Below are positions 23,982 to 36,393 of a stretch of DNA of 64,000 bases, piece after piece. The translations under genes and the position numbers were made by a program. Numbering within the stretch: the stretch's first letter is position 1; every line of letters begins with the position of its first letter. A model generated the notes under the pieces. It ran no database searches, had not been told where the DNA came from, and saw nothing but the letters and a program-made list of their open reading frames with translations. Source of the stretch: Marsupella aquatica. Lineage: Eukaryota; Plantae; Marchantiophyta. The stretch spans positions 17,040,752 to 17,104,751 of the forward strand of contig OZ316898.1 in the NCBI GenBank assembly GCA_973895155.1. Reading direction: 5' to 3'.

Positions 23982-26242
23982 TCATGCCATCAGAAATATG
24001 GCTACTGCAATAACAGTGGCAAATTGAAACGTAGGTAGAAGCCGCCAGCCATTATTTCCAGTAGGGAAATAATCTGGGACCCGACATTCTTCTCCATTGA
24101 ACCACACCTTCTTCGGGAAACCAGCGCCTTGTGTGACTTGGATACCAGGCGTTTTTCTCTTGTCAAATGACAGGATGGATTGCAGCTTTCCAGGATTGTC
24201 CGAGCTATCCTTACCGATCAAGTAATTATTGGAGTAGTCAATACGCCCCTGCATGAACAAGGTATTGTTGAATTCGTTGTATTCTTTGATATCTGCCAGT
24301 GGAATCTTCGTATTATTGAAAGAATACGCGTCCTGGAAACCTGGCATGGCTTCAGGCATTTGAATTGCAGCAGACCAGTTGACGACAGGTTGATCGTCCC
24401 AGTTGAATAGAGTCATGCGAGCACTCCAACCATTCGTGTAATCTGAGTAAACATGCCAATTAATGCTCACGCCGCAGTTGTCCGGGCATGGAAGATTGTT
24501 TTGGGGGAATTTATAATGGTGAAGGCTAGCCTGCTGCTGAGCCAGAGCTGTTCTGTTAGATGGAGGAACGAGAACAGCTTGGTAAGGCAACAACAAAGCA
24601 TCAGCATAAGGGCTGCAAGATTCCGAATTCCAGGGAAACGTGTCAGATGTGCATCCACAAGAACAAGTGGGGCATGGAACGAGGGAGTCATTGTAATAAG
24701 TCGAGAAGGAGACACAGCATTTCCTAGGATCTGTCTTTGTGACCGGCACCAGTTGATTGCAGACCACCTGCCAACTTGCCACAGCAGACGATGTATGAAG
24801 AGCAGTAGGATAAAATTCGGCAGGAGACACCCGCACAGGTTGGCTGCAATTGTATCCCTCGCCAATATTCCAGTTCACTGGAGGAGTAATATCAGTTTCT
24901 GCTTTGTTGTGAGGATCAAGCTTCTTCACAGTGACCACAACGTCTGACCTGCTCTTACTGGGATCAATAAGGTCAGGAAGAAGGGTCCCATTCCGGCAAC
25001 AGTTTGGGATGACCACAGTTGGATCGGTAGCATACTGATCGAGGTCGATAATGACAGGATTTGGAGCGCAGCTCTGATAAGTGTCAAATTTTTCATCCGG
25101 ATACTGCTTAGCTGGAAGTCCAAACACACATAAGTCCTGCTCGTTCGGTCCTTGAACCTGCCCCCCTTGCATGGACTGTATCAACTCCCCTTGCGTCCAC
25201 AGCCAAGTTAGATTCCAATTGTCGAGCCTTCCAATAGGATCATTCATCTTTATGCTGACTTGAGCCGTGTAACTGGTAACGTCAATCACTTTCAGAACAT
25301 CATAACTCATGATGATATCCCCTAACTGCCGTTTCTCGAACTGCCCCTCCCCAAGTGTGCTATTGACTGCGGTTGCGTTCTCAGCACAACAAACCCACAA
25401 GCTACCTGCAGGGGCTGCACACGACGACAGCCATATCAAACAATTGTGAGTACAACCACCACCAAGCATTCCACAGGCATCCTGCCTCACAATAAACATG
25501 ATACTAATATACAACAGGATTCACAATGAACCGGGTGTTGATTTGAATCTCAACATTCTCAACTGCGTGGAAGAACAAAACTTAGAAAACTCTCCAAACT
25601 ACATGTAAAACTGAGCTCACCGGAAGAGTTGGGCCCACAAGTGTAGCCATTATTGACCAACGTCATACCCTTCGGCAAAGGATTGTCAGATGGAATAACC
25701 CCAAACTCTGTTCCAATGAGATCAAACTTTGTGGAAATGTAAGTCAGGTCATCGGAAGTGTCGATAGAAGTCAACAAGCTAGGTGTTGTGATTCCAATGA
25801 TTCTTGTATCAGTGCTCGCATCAATGCCTGGAAGAGTCTGCGAACTCAGGGGGAATGACACTCCATCCGCTCTAGCAATGACCTCCCTGTGCTGGAAATT
25901 TATGGACAGCTCCCAATTATCCAACTTGTGGTACCCAAGGTTGATTATTGTCACCGTGCCGGTGAAGCTATAAGGCTGATTCGTCAAGTTACTCGAGTAA
26001 GGGGGAATACTCGCCGGCGCCTGCGTGAGTGAGTAGGACAAGAAGGCCCCCACGCACTGGTTTTGTGCAGATTGTTCTAAGCCAGAGATATTCGTAGAGG
26101 CGTGTGAGCTTGGCGATTGGGCTGGAGGTTGGCCGTTTACATCCCTGACTCCAAAGGTCAGCTGCCAGCTGAAGAATACCAAAAGCAGATATTTGAACCA
26201 CAAAGTCCTCCCTGCCACTCCTCCGCGCTTAAACCCATCCAT
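23982..26242 (-). CDS. COBRA-like protein, COBL7-type, predicted GPI-anchored (exons 26242-25621, 25405-23982)
   Basis: Hydrophobic leader and N-terminal extension, then GDIIMSYDV, NCCRNGTLLP, SWQVVCN, KCCVSFSTYYNDSLVPCPTCSCGC, CPDNCGVSINWH, GFPKKVWFNGEEC and a hydrophobic C-tail. One phase-1 GT-AG intron. Confidence 0.93.
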
Positions 26243-26534
26243 GGTCGATGCGGTTGCCGTCCTGGCGCCGTCGTCCGATCGAGCTCTGTTTGATCGATAT
26301 GGCTCCAAATGAGGATATCGCTCGTAACGGGGGCTCCACTACTGCCTCTCGAGGACCATAGGCAGCTCTCTCTCTCTCTCTGCGTCGCTCTCCTTCCGAA
26401 AGGAATTCAATAGTCCGAGTTCAATGAATGACATCGTTACTGGAGCTCTACTACAGCAACTTCGTGTGGAAGACGACGGGCAGCTCTGTCTCGCTCGCTC
26501 TCTCAACTTTCGTTACAAATTGAACTATTGAACT

Positions 26535-26670
26535 GTCGAATGGAAGTGGTTCGGTTGCTCTCCTTTCGTTACAAGTCGAAAATAATGTCGAACCACACTC
26601 GTGTCGAATGGAACTGGTTCGGTTGCTCTCCTTTCGTTACAAGTTGAAAATAATGTCGACCCACACTCGT
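26535..26670. repeat. ~68-bp tandem duplication upstream of the COBL gene
   Basis: gtcgaatggaa.tggttcggttgctctcctttcgttacaagt.gaaaataatgtcga..cacactcgt occurs twice. Confidence 0.8.
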
Positions 26671-27317
26671 TCTGTTGCGTGCAGGCCAAGAGGAGCTTAC
26701 CAGGAGGAGTTTGACCTCGCCCTCGTGGTCCGTCAATACGAAACTGAGGTCTCACTGTTCCACCCTGGAGTCATCTGAATCCACGCGGCCGACAAATCTA
26801 GTGAACGGTCCCCACTTTTTTCAAAAAACTTGGGGATTTCGGGCCGGTCTTCGCTCTTTCCGCAACGCGAAGTCGAATGCTACTCACTCCTACAGCTACT
26901 TTACGAGTGATGCAAGCTGTTCCGAACCGCGTGCTGGCCAAGTCAGTCCTTCCGCCATACCCCTCCGGATTCTTCGGGAGCTCTGAAGGTCCTTCTCTCG
27001 ATGCACTCGCCAAATCCTCACTCTGCTCCATGCATCCACAATCGTTTCCGCTGGGCGCTGGATTCTGCCCTTTCAACACGGCCCCCCGATCGGTGCGCTG
27101 TGGGCGGCTGTCGGATTTGGAACAAGTATCAAATTCCCAAAAGCTCCGCACCATCTCTCTCGAGGCTCGACGCTTCCGCATTTCTCCTTTCTCTTCATGG
27201 CCGTTGTCTACGGCATGCAGAGCTTCCAACGAACGACACTCCACTCCACTCCACTCCTCGCGGAGGTTTCCGTTGTCATGCTGCCGGCCTCGTTTAGTGG
27301 CACCAGAATCCACGGCT

Positions 27318-27700
27318 GAGACGTCTCCCTGCCTCCATGGTAAGATCCTGGCCGCCGATCACTCTCGCCGGTGCAATGGTCGGAGCTCGGAAAGAAAGCC
27401 CGGGCTTTGCTTGCCACCGGTCCCGGCCGGCAACCGCGTAGGAGCACCGGTACTATTTACAGTGCTACTAGCGACGGCTTATCCCCGGCTACTGGCTTAT
27501 CGTGCGGCCGGCCTCGTCTGGACCTCTGAGACGTGTCCACTCTCAACGGTAAGATCTTGGCCGCCGAGCACTATCGCCGGGCATTCTTTCCGTCGGCGTT
27601 CGGGAAGAATGCCCGGCGTTACTCGTGACCGACTCCGGTTACAATGGCAACCGGGTATACCGGTCCAAGTTTAGTAATACTGGACTACTAGCGACGGCTG
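27318..27700. repeat. GC-rich diverged ~210-bp direct repeat x2
   Basis: gagacgt...ggtaagatc.tggccgccga.cact.tcgccgg...ctactagcgacggct at ~27318-27480 and ~27528-27700. Confidence 0.7.
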
Positions 27701-28514
27701 TTTGGTTTCTGTGATTCTCCCATGCAGGCCCTAAGTACAGTGTACCTAACGTAGCCGCCGAGGGTGGGTTCTATGCGCCCCTCTGCCATCACGGCATTTA
27801 CGTAACGGTAAAATTGCAAATCCTAATACTTGGGCTGTCCATTGTGAAATTATAGTTTGTTTAAATAATGTATAGAGCCTGTCAGTCGGGCTTTCCCAGG
27901 TGAGATTTTGGTTTGTTTATTTGTCCTGCCGTCCGTCTATCTGTGTCTCTCAAAGCGTGAAATAAAGGCGACTAAAGTTCTAAATTTCCCAAAGGACAAA
28001 TAACCTGATTCATTGGAGGTTGTTAGTAAGCTAGTAGCTGGGTGCAAGTTCATTGAACTTAAATAGGTGTGAATGTATCCCTATTTTCTACTTGGATCTC
28101 CAACTCTAAATTACACCCTGGAGTCATAGTCTAGAAGCTTCACTCTAAACCGTAGGCACTAAATACTAATGGTTTGAACTCTAAGGTACCTTAGCAGCTA
28201 CCACTTCTTGTATATTCTGGAACACCAAACCCTTGTTTGTTGGTAGGGTTTTGTGGTTATAGTACCCCTTCTTTGTCTGGCTATCGTTCAATGCTACATT
28301 TGGGCTTTATATAAAGAAAAGGAAAATTACTAGTACCATCACTCAAATTACACTTACATTTCTATCAACTGGCTTTTTCAAAAACTTGCAAAAAGTTCAG
28401 AAACACAAGCATTTTGATGTAAAACACTAATACATCACTGACACGGCATCTAATCAGGAACTTTGTTTCACCTTGTTGGTTGCTATTTTAAAATTCATCT
28501 TTCATTTTTTTGAT

Positions 28515-31500
28515 TGTTAAGAGAGAATGAATCGAGAATGAATCAGATACCGATTAGGGGTCACGGTTCTGCTTTATATATATGTGTGTACAGGTATGGT
28601 TAAGGTATAACCATGGTATAGTGACTCTAGTCTAGTCTGGGGCTAGATGACTCATAACACTCCCCCTTGGCAACATAATGGGAATTATGAACACAATCTA
28701 GACTAGTCCTAGAGCTAGACAAAAAAATGATAATTTATCATCATGCTTATAGATACGCATGTTACGTTGACCAAAGAGGTGGACTGCCTCGTTAAAACCT
28801 TTAGCGGGGCTAGATTGAGGTAAAAAATAACTCTACTAGGGTAGTAGAGAAAATAGTATATGACCCTAAAGGAAAAAGAGTACAGCCCGTCGATCCTCTT
28901 GGCGATAAAGGAAAATGCATTAGCATTAGGTGGAGTCTTCAATCGGTAAATATCATGTGTTGTAAGTCAATCGCATGGTATGTAGGGTCGTCAAAGGTAT
29001 TAAGATGCAACAGGAATTTCAATTGTCTCCAGAAGCTTGCAATATCTTAGATGAAGCCTGGCAACAAACAAATCAAGTTCATGTCCAACATAATGAGGAG
29101 CTTGGGTCTCGGGGGGTTAACTTAGTGTATATTTTGGGGTACCACATGCGATCCTAGCCTAATATAAACACACCTATTTTATAATGGGAATATTCCAAAA
29201 ATATTCTCTATTTTCTTTATTAATGACCTATTTTACTTTATAAAAGGTATATATTAGAGAATATTCTATAAATATTGGTCTATAATACCTTCTTTTGCTT
29301 CCTACGCTTTTTAAAAATTTAGCTAATTTCTATGAAAAATACCTATTTTGGATCGCAGTGGTTCCTAAGATTTTTGATAGTCAACCCCCCGAGGCTTGGG
29401 TTAGTAGCTGAAAAATCACATTGTGTTGTTACCCCTCAAAGATGAAAGTGGTATGATAGTATGTTGCTACATCTTGTGGTCGTAGGTTTGTGTTATCAAA
29501 TGTCAAGTGTGGGATAGAAATAATAACTTCTACTCCTTGTAGGAGAATATAATTGGGTATTTTTATGTGATTTTTGTATATTACATAGATTTTATCCTAT
29601 GTTGGATATGTATGATTTAAATGATGTTATCTCCCCCTCAACATGAGGTTGAGGTACATGTACTATTTCCTTCTCAAGTTGAGTTTGAGGGATTTAACTA
29701 TGGATGCATGTGCAGTGGGGCACATGGAGAAATCATGTATGTTGAAAAGTTGTTTTCTCTTGTAGAACAGGGTGTGCCTTGTGAGAGAATATATAAATGA
29801 GAAAAAAAAAATTCTCTTGTGTATTGTGCATCACCAAAGGATGTGTATTGTACATCATCAGTAGGTGGGTATAAATTTGCTTAAAATGGCATCACCAAAG
29901 GGTGTGCATGATTTGTCTTAAAATGGGCACTTCTGCCTTGCACGTCTGCAATGTTTTGTGTTATTTTGACAAGAGTGTCATGGAGTGGCAAACTCCTGGT
30001 ATAGCCAAGTATGGCCAAGTACAGAGGTACTTTCCATTGTAGTGTATGAGTTTGGTTTAAATTTTTGAGTAAATAAGTTAGAGACAATGAAGTTTCTTCC
30101 CATTGATCTGCATAAAATGCATGTTATTTTCTCTTGAAATTGTGAGTGTGAGTAATATCTCTGAAATTTGGAACTCATCTATAGGTAAGGTCCGATAGGA
30201 ATGCCCACTGATCAAGAGAATGTAGGGGTTAGATTACGGGCTTTGCCCATATTAACTCCTTCATTAACTCATGTATAGATGAGATTAGGGGCTTTGCCCA
30301 TTATCAAATCATCTCTACCTTTACCTTTGTTAGTCATGAAAAGTCTCTTATCTGAGTTCGTTTGGATCTTATGAGATCAAATGATATTAAAAGGTGTATA
30401 AGTTCAAATGGTACTAGAAGGTGAATGAACCAAAATGACATTAGGAGGTTGGAGATAGTTGTGGATACAATGTGATTTATTCCCCCTATGGTGGGGAGTG
30501 ATATTAATGGTGTAACAACCATGTTATATGAATTCAATTTGTATAAATGCTTGTAAACTCAACATGTATATAGGTAGGTAATGTGTAGAGGTCACTATTC
30601 ACATTTGTAAAATGAGAGTGTAAGCTTGTGATTTAGTTTTATGTTAAGGATTACACATGTATCTTAAAGTGATTTAAAAGCTTTGAAAAAGATGCTTTAA
30701 GTGATCTGATTCTTTTGTAAGTAAAAATACTCTTTATAATGAGTTGCAAGTATGGAGGTTTTGCACTTATCAAGTTTTGTCGATGGTTTCTCGAAAAGCC
30801 TGGTCCAAATTTTGCCATTTTGGGCTTGTGCATCGATTCTCCCCCTTTTGCATGGCTTCGCGGCTGCGTCCGTGATCATTGTGTTGTCTTCTCATAAGGT
30901 TTCCATCCCTCAAATTTCCATCAGTCCTTTTCACCCTCCGGTTGTTAAGCCCTAATGCAACATTCGTTCTCTATAGGGTGTGGTGCCTTTTCAGATCTCA
31001 CCTTGATTGAAATTTTGTTGATTGTGCTCTGCCTCTATTCAATCATGTCTCTTTGATTGGATTGATTGACTCCAGCCCAAGCTTTATCCTGGTTTCTCTA
31101 TGGACTTTGCGCTGCGGTGTTTCTTCTCCTCCTTCCATAAATCATGTTGCGTACTTTCAATCTTGCATTTTAGAATCAATTCCTCTGAAACTTTAATGAT
31201 CCCACAGACCATCCAGGGGTTCGACTCTTTGTCTGATCAGCCTCTCCTTCTGATTTTGTTTCTTCTAATTTCTTGGGAGTCGGTTTCTCACAGAGGATAC
31301 TCCATCAATTTCCAACACCAGGTTGACATGGACTCTCAAATGAAGGTTTCCTTGAAGGGATTTTGTCTTGGGGTTCCCTCAAGTGTCTAATTTTTGTCAT
31401 TTGTCGAATCCCTAAAAAAAGTTCAAGTGCTCAGCCTCCGAGAGTCGTGCTGATAACGTGTTAAGAGAGAATGAATCGAGAATGAATCAGATACCGATTA

Positions 31501-31603
31501 GGGGTCACGGTTCTGCTTTATATATATGTGTGTACAGGTATGGTTAAGGTATAACCATGGTATAGTGACTCTAGTCTAGTCTGGGGCTAGATGACTCATA
31601 ACA
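28515..31603 (-). mobile_element. Non-autonomous Ty1/Copia LTR retrotransposon, Bianca-like
   Basis: Identical 145-bp TG...CA LTRs (28515-28659, 31459-31603) with a 5-bp TSD TTGAT. PPT (rc of ctcccccttgg) at 28660-28670 and PBS CGTTATCAGCACGA at 31445-31458. The internal coding region is decayed. Confidence 0.92.
29108..29393. mobile_element. 286-bp MITE (hAT-like, 8-bp TSD) nested in the LTR element
   Basis: TIRs CTCGGGGGGTTAACT / AGTCAACCCCCCGAG, with TSD GCTTGGGT at 29100-29107 and 29394-29401. Confidence 0.85.
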
Positions 31604-34129
31604 TTGATCTTTTTATAGCTACTGGGTTCAATTGATTTTCCTTGTCCGACACCAAACACAAACAATTGTGTTTTGTTTCTTTTTGAAGACATCATTGTTC
31701 CTGTTTGCCAAATATGATGATGTGGCTGCGTATGGTGCTAGGAATTTTGATAAGAGCTTTGCATGGGGGATCATAAACAACATGAAGGGACAAGGGTGGT
31801 CATGGGATGCCTCAAAGTTGGAAAACAATAATGGTTCTTCCTGCTTAACTCAAAAATCAAATTTCACCTGAATGAGCAACATTGCAAGCTAAATAAGGAG
31901 TGTCGTCTGAATCATCCTTCCACTCAACTATTGACAAAGAAAAACATGTTTCCTATAAGGAAAATCAATGAGTTGAACAAGAAACATTGCAGGCCTGTGA
32001 TCAAAATGCAAGGCAATAGGGCATTATACATAGTCAGCTCCTTCTTTAGAAAAATCAAAAGTAGTAAAGTGATTTGTCTCGCAGATCAATCTTTACAAAC
32101 AGAAATTGTTGCTCCCATGGGCCAAGCTCGTGCACATGCAACCCCTTGGACCTTGACACCATTTACATCTTCACTCATTGACACCCGTCCCATTTCCAGA
32201 ATGTTTTCAATCTCAAATGCTGACCTTCAATATTGCCCCTGAGTCCAACTGAATTGGCTTGTCTTTGGCTGGTTAGAAGTGACTTGGAAAAATCTTTCAA
32301 ACCAGTCAAGTATAGTCTCTAGTTTTCATGAAGAATTGAGAGAGTTGTGAATGTCTAAAGATTATTCCATCGCATATTCTCAAAGCTTAATTTGTCCTTC
32401 CTGTTTGTCCTTCTTGAACTTTTGGAGCACCTTTTTAACTTTCACTATCTCCTTCCAACAAATCTGATTGGTTTTGGTTCTTAGAAACCAATTGGAAATA
32501 TCATTCCATTGAGCCTAATATTGTCAATAGTCCAAATTGTGGGACCTACAAATTTCCAAAGATGGCTGCAGGCCTAGTTTTCTTGTCACATTTCACTCAT
32601 GGTGTAATACATATTGGATGAGCAGAAAGAGGATTTTCCTGCAGTCTGTCTGCATTGCAAGAGTCCATCTAAGCATTTTGTGAAACTTAATTTGGAGGTC
32701 CATCATAGCTTCAATTTCAAAAGTAACAATTGCAAAGTATTGACTAATAATGTTGGAGTATTAATGTTTACATTTTTTCATTTGTCAAGATTCAAGGAAA
32801 CATCATTATCAAGGTACAAAATCATCACATCATTATCCAGCAAAATTACATGCATGCCAAAATTAATCATAACTGGTTGTAGAGTGTGGCCTAAAATGGC
32901 CCATATCCAAACTTCCCATCACGATAGCTCCTTTACCGTGTCAAAATAGAGCTAAAGCTGAGAGAAAGGACATTCGCGCAGGATTTGGCCAAATAGCGAC
33001 ATAATCCCTAGGAAATACAATGCCACCAAATTTGGTGATGAGAACATGGTAGTTCATGTGAAGAAAATTGCAAAGCAAAAGTCTCTCAAAACTAAACTCA
33101 CAAGGGACTAACATGAAATGGTCAATTCATTTGACCTCATTTGCACTCCCAACTCAGGACCTTGATGAGTGTTACTACTTCTGAGCCAGCTTGGCACTAG
33201 GAGACCTGTTCAGCTGATGGCATGAGTGCCCAGTCTGGCATTCCTTTAACAACCACATGATTACCTTGTTTGCAGGTCAAAGTCAACTATGTGGTTATCA
33301 CAAGTAGGAGTCAAAATCAGGCCTTCTTACTACATGTAGCCAAATTCATGCTAAGAGAGTCAGAATTCCATCCCTGGCAGGTTCATTTGAAACCAGATCC
33401 ATGTCTGATCAAATAAATTGTATCAGTTTGTTGAGTTCAAGTTCTGACCATAGCTAGCAATTTTTCTTCAAGTGCAAAAGGCCAGAGATCTTTTTCCAGG
33501 TGCCAATGCAAAGATTCAAAATCATTAGGTTTTTTTGAATGGTGCACTATGCTTTGCTCTGCCAATTACCTTTTAACAAGAAGGTTACCAATCTAGTCAT
33601 TAGTCATTGTTTATTTTATGAAAAATTAAATTTTCAATCTTTGAATTTAATTTTAAAAATGGAAACGTAACTAAAATGATTACAAAGTGATAGTTTTACC
33701 TGGCGTGCTCTTTGCATTTATAATATTTTATATTTTGTTTTCACGGCATGGTGTCCCAAAATTTACACTCAAATTGACGCAAACACATAACTATGAAGCA
33801 ATTCCTTTGATTCACAAAATTGATGAGTCTTGTTTGTTGAAGTTCGATCTTGTTGATGTGACATGCTCTGGTATCAGGAATTTTGCAAGGGGCCCAGGTC
33901 TGTAAATATACAACTCTATTGAATGCACTCTGGGAATTAATATGATCACCCCAATATACAATGCTTCTTTAAATGCACTATGATCTACCTGTATGGATTG
34001 AGCTAGACCCACATACCTGTTCAAACATGGCCGGAAACATGGTGGTCAATTTCCATGCACAATTGTCATTTCCCCACTTCCTAGGAATATAACCACCACA
34101 CGCTTAAGAACAAATGTTGGAACATGCAA

Positions 34130-34567
34130 ACTTACGGATCCACGTGATGCCACATCAGCATTTTCTGTCACAAACATGAACATCTATGGTTGTGGCAAAA
34201 CACAAACATGAATGTGTGTTTGACAAACAAACAACAAACAACAGGGTAAAACAAATCCCTCACAAATAAGCCATCATATTTCTTAGATCAATTGATGGAA
34301 TCAAATGTTGATGATTAACGACCTCAATGTTTGACATTGATTACAATTGATCAATGTTTTAAGGATCATTGCACTCAATCAAGGATGACCAAAAATCATG
34401 ATTTTCAAGTAAAAAATGAGTTCCATGTACTTGCTACGACAAACCTTTTCAATAGATATGTTGAAGCAAACCCTTGCCACCGCCATTGGTTGAGGTTTCT
34501 ATGCATAATGTTCATTATTCCAAGAAGGTAGTCAACCACAGGTCCACAAATGGGGTCCACAAACTAA
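34130..34567 (+). mobile_element. Possible short non-autonomous relative of the 15.4-21 kb element
   Basis: Shares TTACGGA.CC and TGCCACATCAGCA near the left end, and GGGGTCCACAAACTAATT (18-nt exact match) at the right end. Confidence 0.45.
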
Positions 34568-35439
34568 TTTGCTTGGTATAATTTTAAGTGACACCTGCAA
34601 AACTTGGATCCTCATGTGTTATTTTGATGCAAAGTATTTATTTTAGTAATAATTCATAGATCAACTTGAGATAGTAACCACACGTGCATATCATATAGAA
34701 TACCCAACTTGTCATCAGAGTCTCCCATTGCTTCTCTTTTGACACAAGCTGGAAGGCAATCAGTGATGATTCTATTGTCTCTCCGCTCACCCCTAGACTA
34801 AGTTTTTTAATAAGTTAAACAAACATCCAAATTGATAGACTTATTGGAGACAATTAACATAGAGTTACTTAACATTAAGCAATCTACTTCTATAGTACAT
34901 AATCCTGACAAGAGTGTGGGCACAGCCTTGTTACAGAGTTAAAAATGGTTGAAATGATTCTTGATTGTCAGATACATCCTTGGGATGCAGGTGGTCAGAC
35001 TCTTTGAAAGGAGCACTAAGATAAGGTCTTCAAGCCTTTGAAAATTCATGAGAAACTCTAGCCATTAGATCTGGTGGATTGACACATTAGATTGAGCACT
35101 GACTACAAACAGTATAGCGGACAAAAGTGTGCAACAGTTGTGAGGCAAGGTGCACTAATGGGATTCTTTAGATAGGCAAACATGGTTAGGTGTCGTTGCT
35201 TAACAGGCAGCAATGCACCTTAACCAACAATACTTTAAATTCATCAGGTGGTTTTTTTCCATTTCCATTGTGCTATTTTGGTGCTACTAGCATATGTGAT
35301 CATTGTAAACTGTATCAAGAGAATTTTTCTTGGGGGTCTCACTACTTTATGTTCCCATCAAGGGTGACAAACTTACCGACCCTAAAAATAAGTGGACAGA
35401 ACTAATGACACATGTTGGCATTTAAAAAAAATTGAGCAC

Positions 35440-36393
35440 TTACTTCCATATAATTAAAACCTACAATACAAGGTCCCACCACTTTTTACAATGGTAGTCT
35501 TACAAACAAAGTGTTTTGTGTCCCAACGAAGGAAGGAGGCAATAAAGGGAGGCAAGAAAAGAACGAACCAGAAAGGGGAGGGCTTTGAAAAGGGCAAGGT
35601 AAATGTGGAGTTCATGCAAAAATGCACAAGTACCAAGGAGTATCCTTCCATGTCTCATGGATCCAATCCATGAGCAGGAGATGAGAGTTTGGACACACTC
35701 TGTGCAGTTGTGCTATTGGAGAAAGGTAGGAGTGATGAATAGAAACACTAAAATTAAAATCTGGATTAATAATAAAAACAAACAAATTAATCAAGTTTAA
35801 CTAATGATTTGTGTGCATGGATGGAACAAGGAGGGGCGAGCATCAACTAATATCTTTTTCTGCAAACAAGATCTTTTCCGCAATTATCATCTTTGGGCAA
35901 TGACATAGTCTCTACATGCAATATCTTTTATTAAACATCTTTTGCACAATTACAACATTTTTACATAATGACAACTTTTGAATAATCTCATTTTTTTGCA
36001 AACTACATTGCATATGCATTGATCTCGAGCATTGACATCTTTACAAAACAACATCTTTTTGCAATGATATATTTCTGCAACATCATCTTTTTGGCATCTT
36101 TTACACAACATCTTCCCCCAAGCAACATCTTTCACACATAAACATCTTTCATGACATCATTTTTGCAAACAACATCATTTACACAAGGACACTTTATGTG
36201 CAACAACAAATTCTCCCCAAACAACATCTTTTATGCAACAACATCTTCACCACCAACATCATCTTTCACACAACGGCATCCTTTGCGCAATGTTATGTTT
36301 TCCGCAAATGACTATTTTTTGCGCATCAACATTTTTTCTGCATACAACATCTTCTGTGCAATGCCCCGATACAATGCATAGGTCTTGAGCTAG
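35440..36393 (+). mobile_element. Non-autonomous Helitron-like element (same family as 8370-9379)
   Basis: 3' CTAG|T at 36390-36394 is preceded by a decayed hairpin (cccgatacaatgcatagg). A long ACATCTTTT-type minisatellite spans 35850-36360, and 35455-35540 aligns with the reverse complement of ~9170-9265. Confidence 0.6.

Noticed and set aside
26877-27674. 265-aa ORF and overlapping antisense ORFs
   Set aside because: GC-rich repeat-containing sequence with no recognisable domain, likely a chance ORF.
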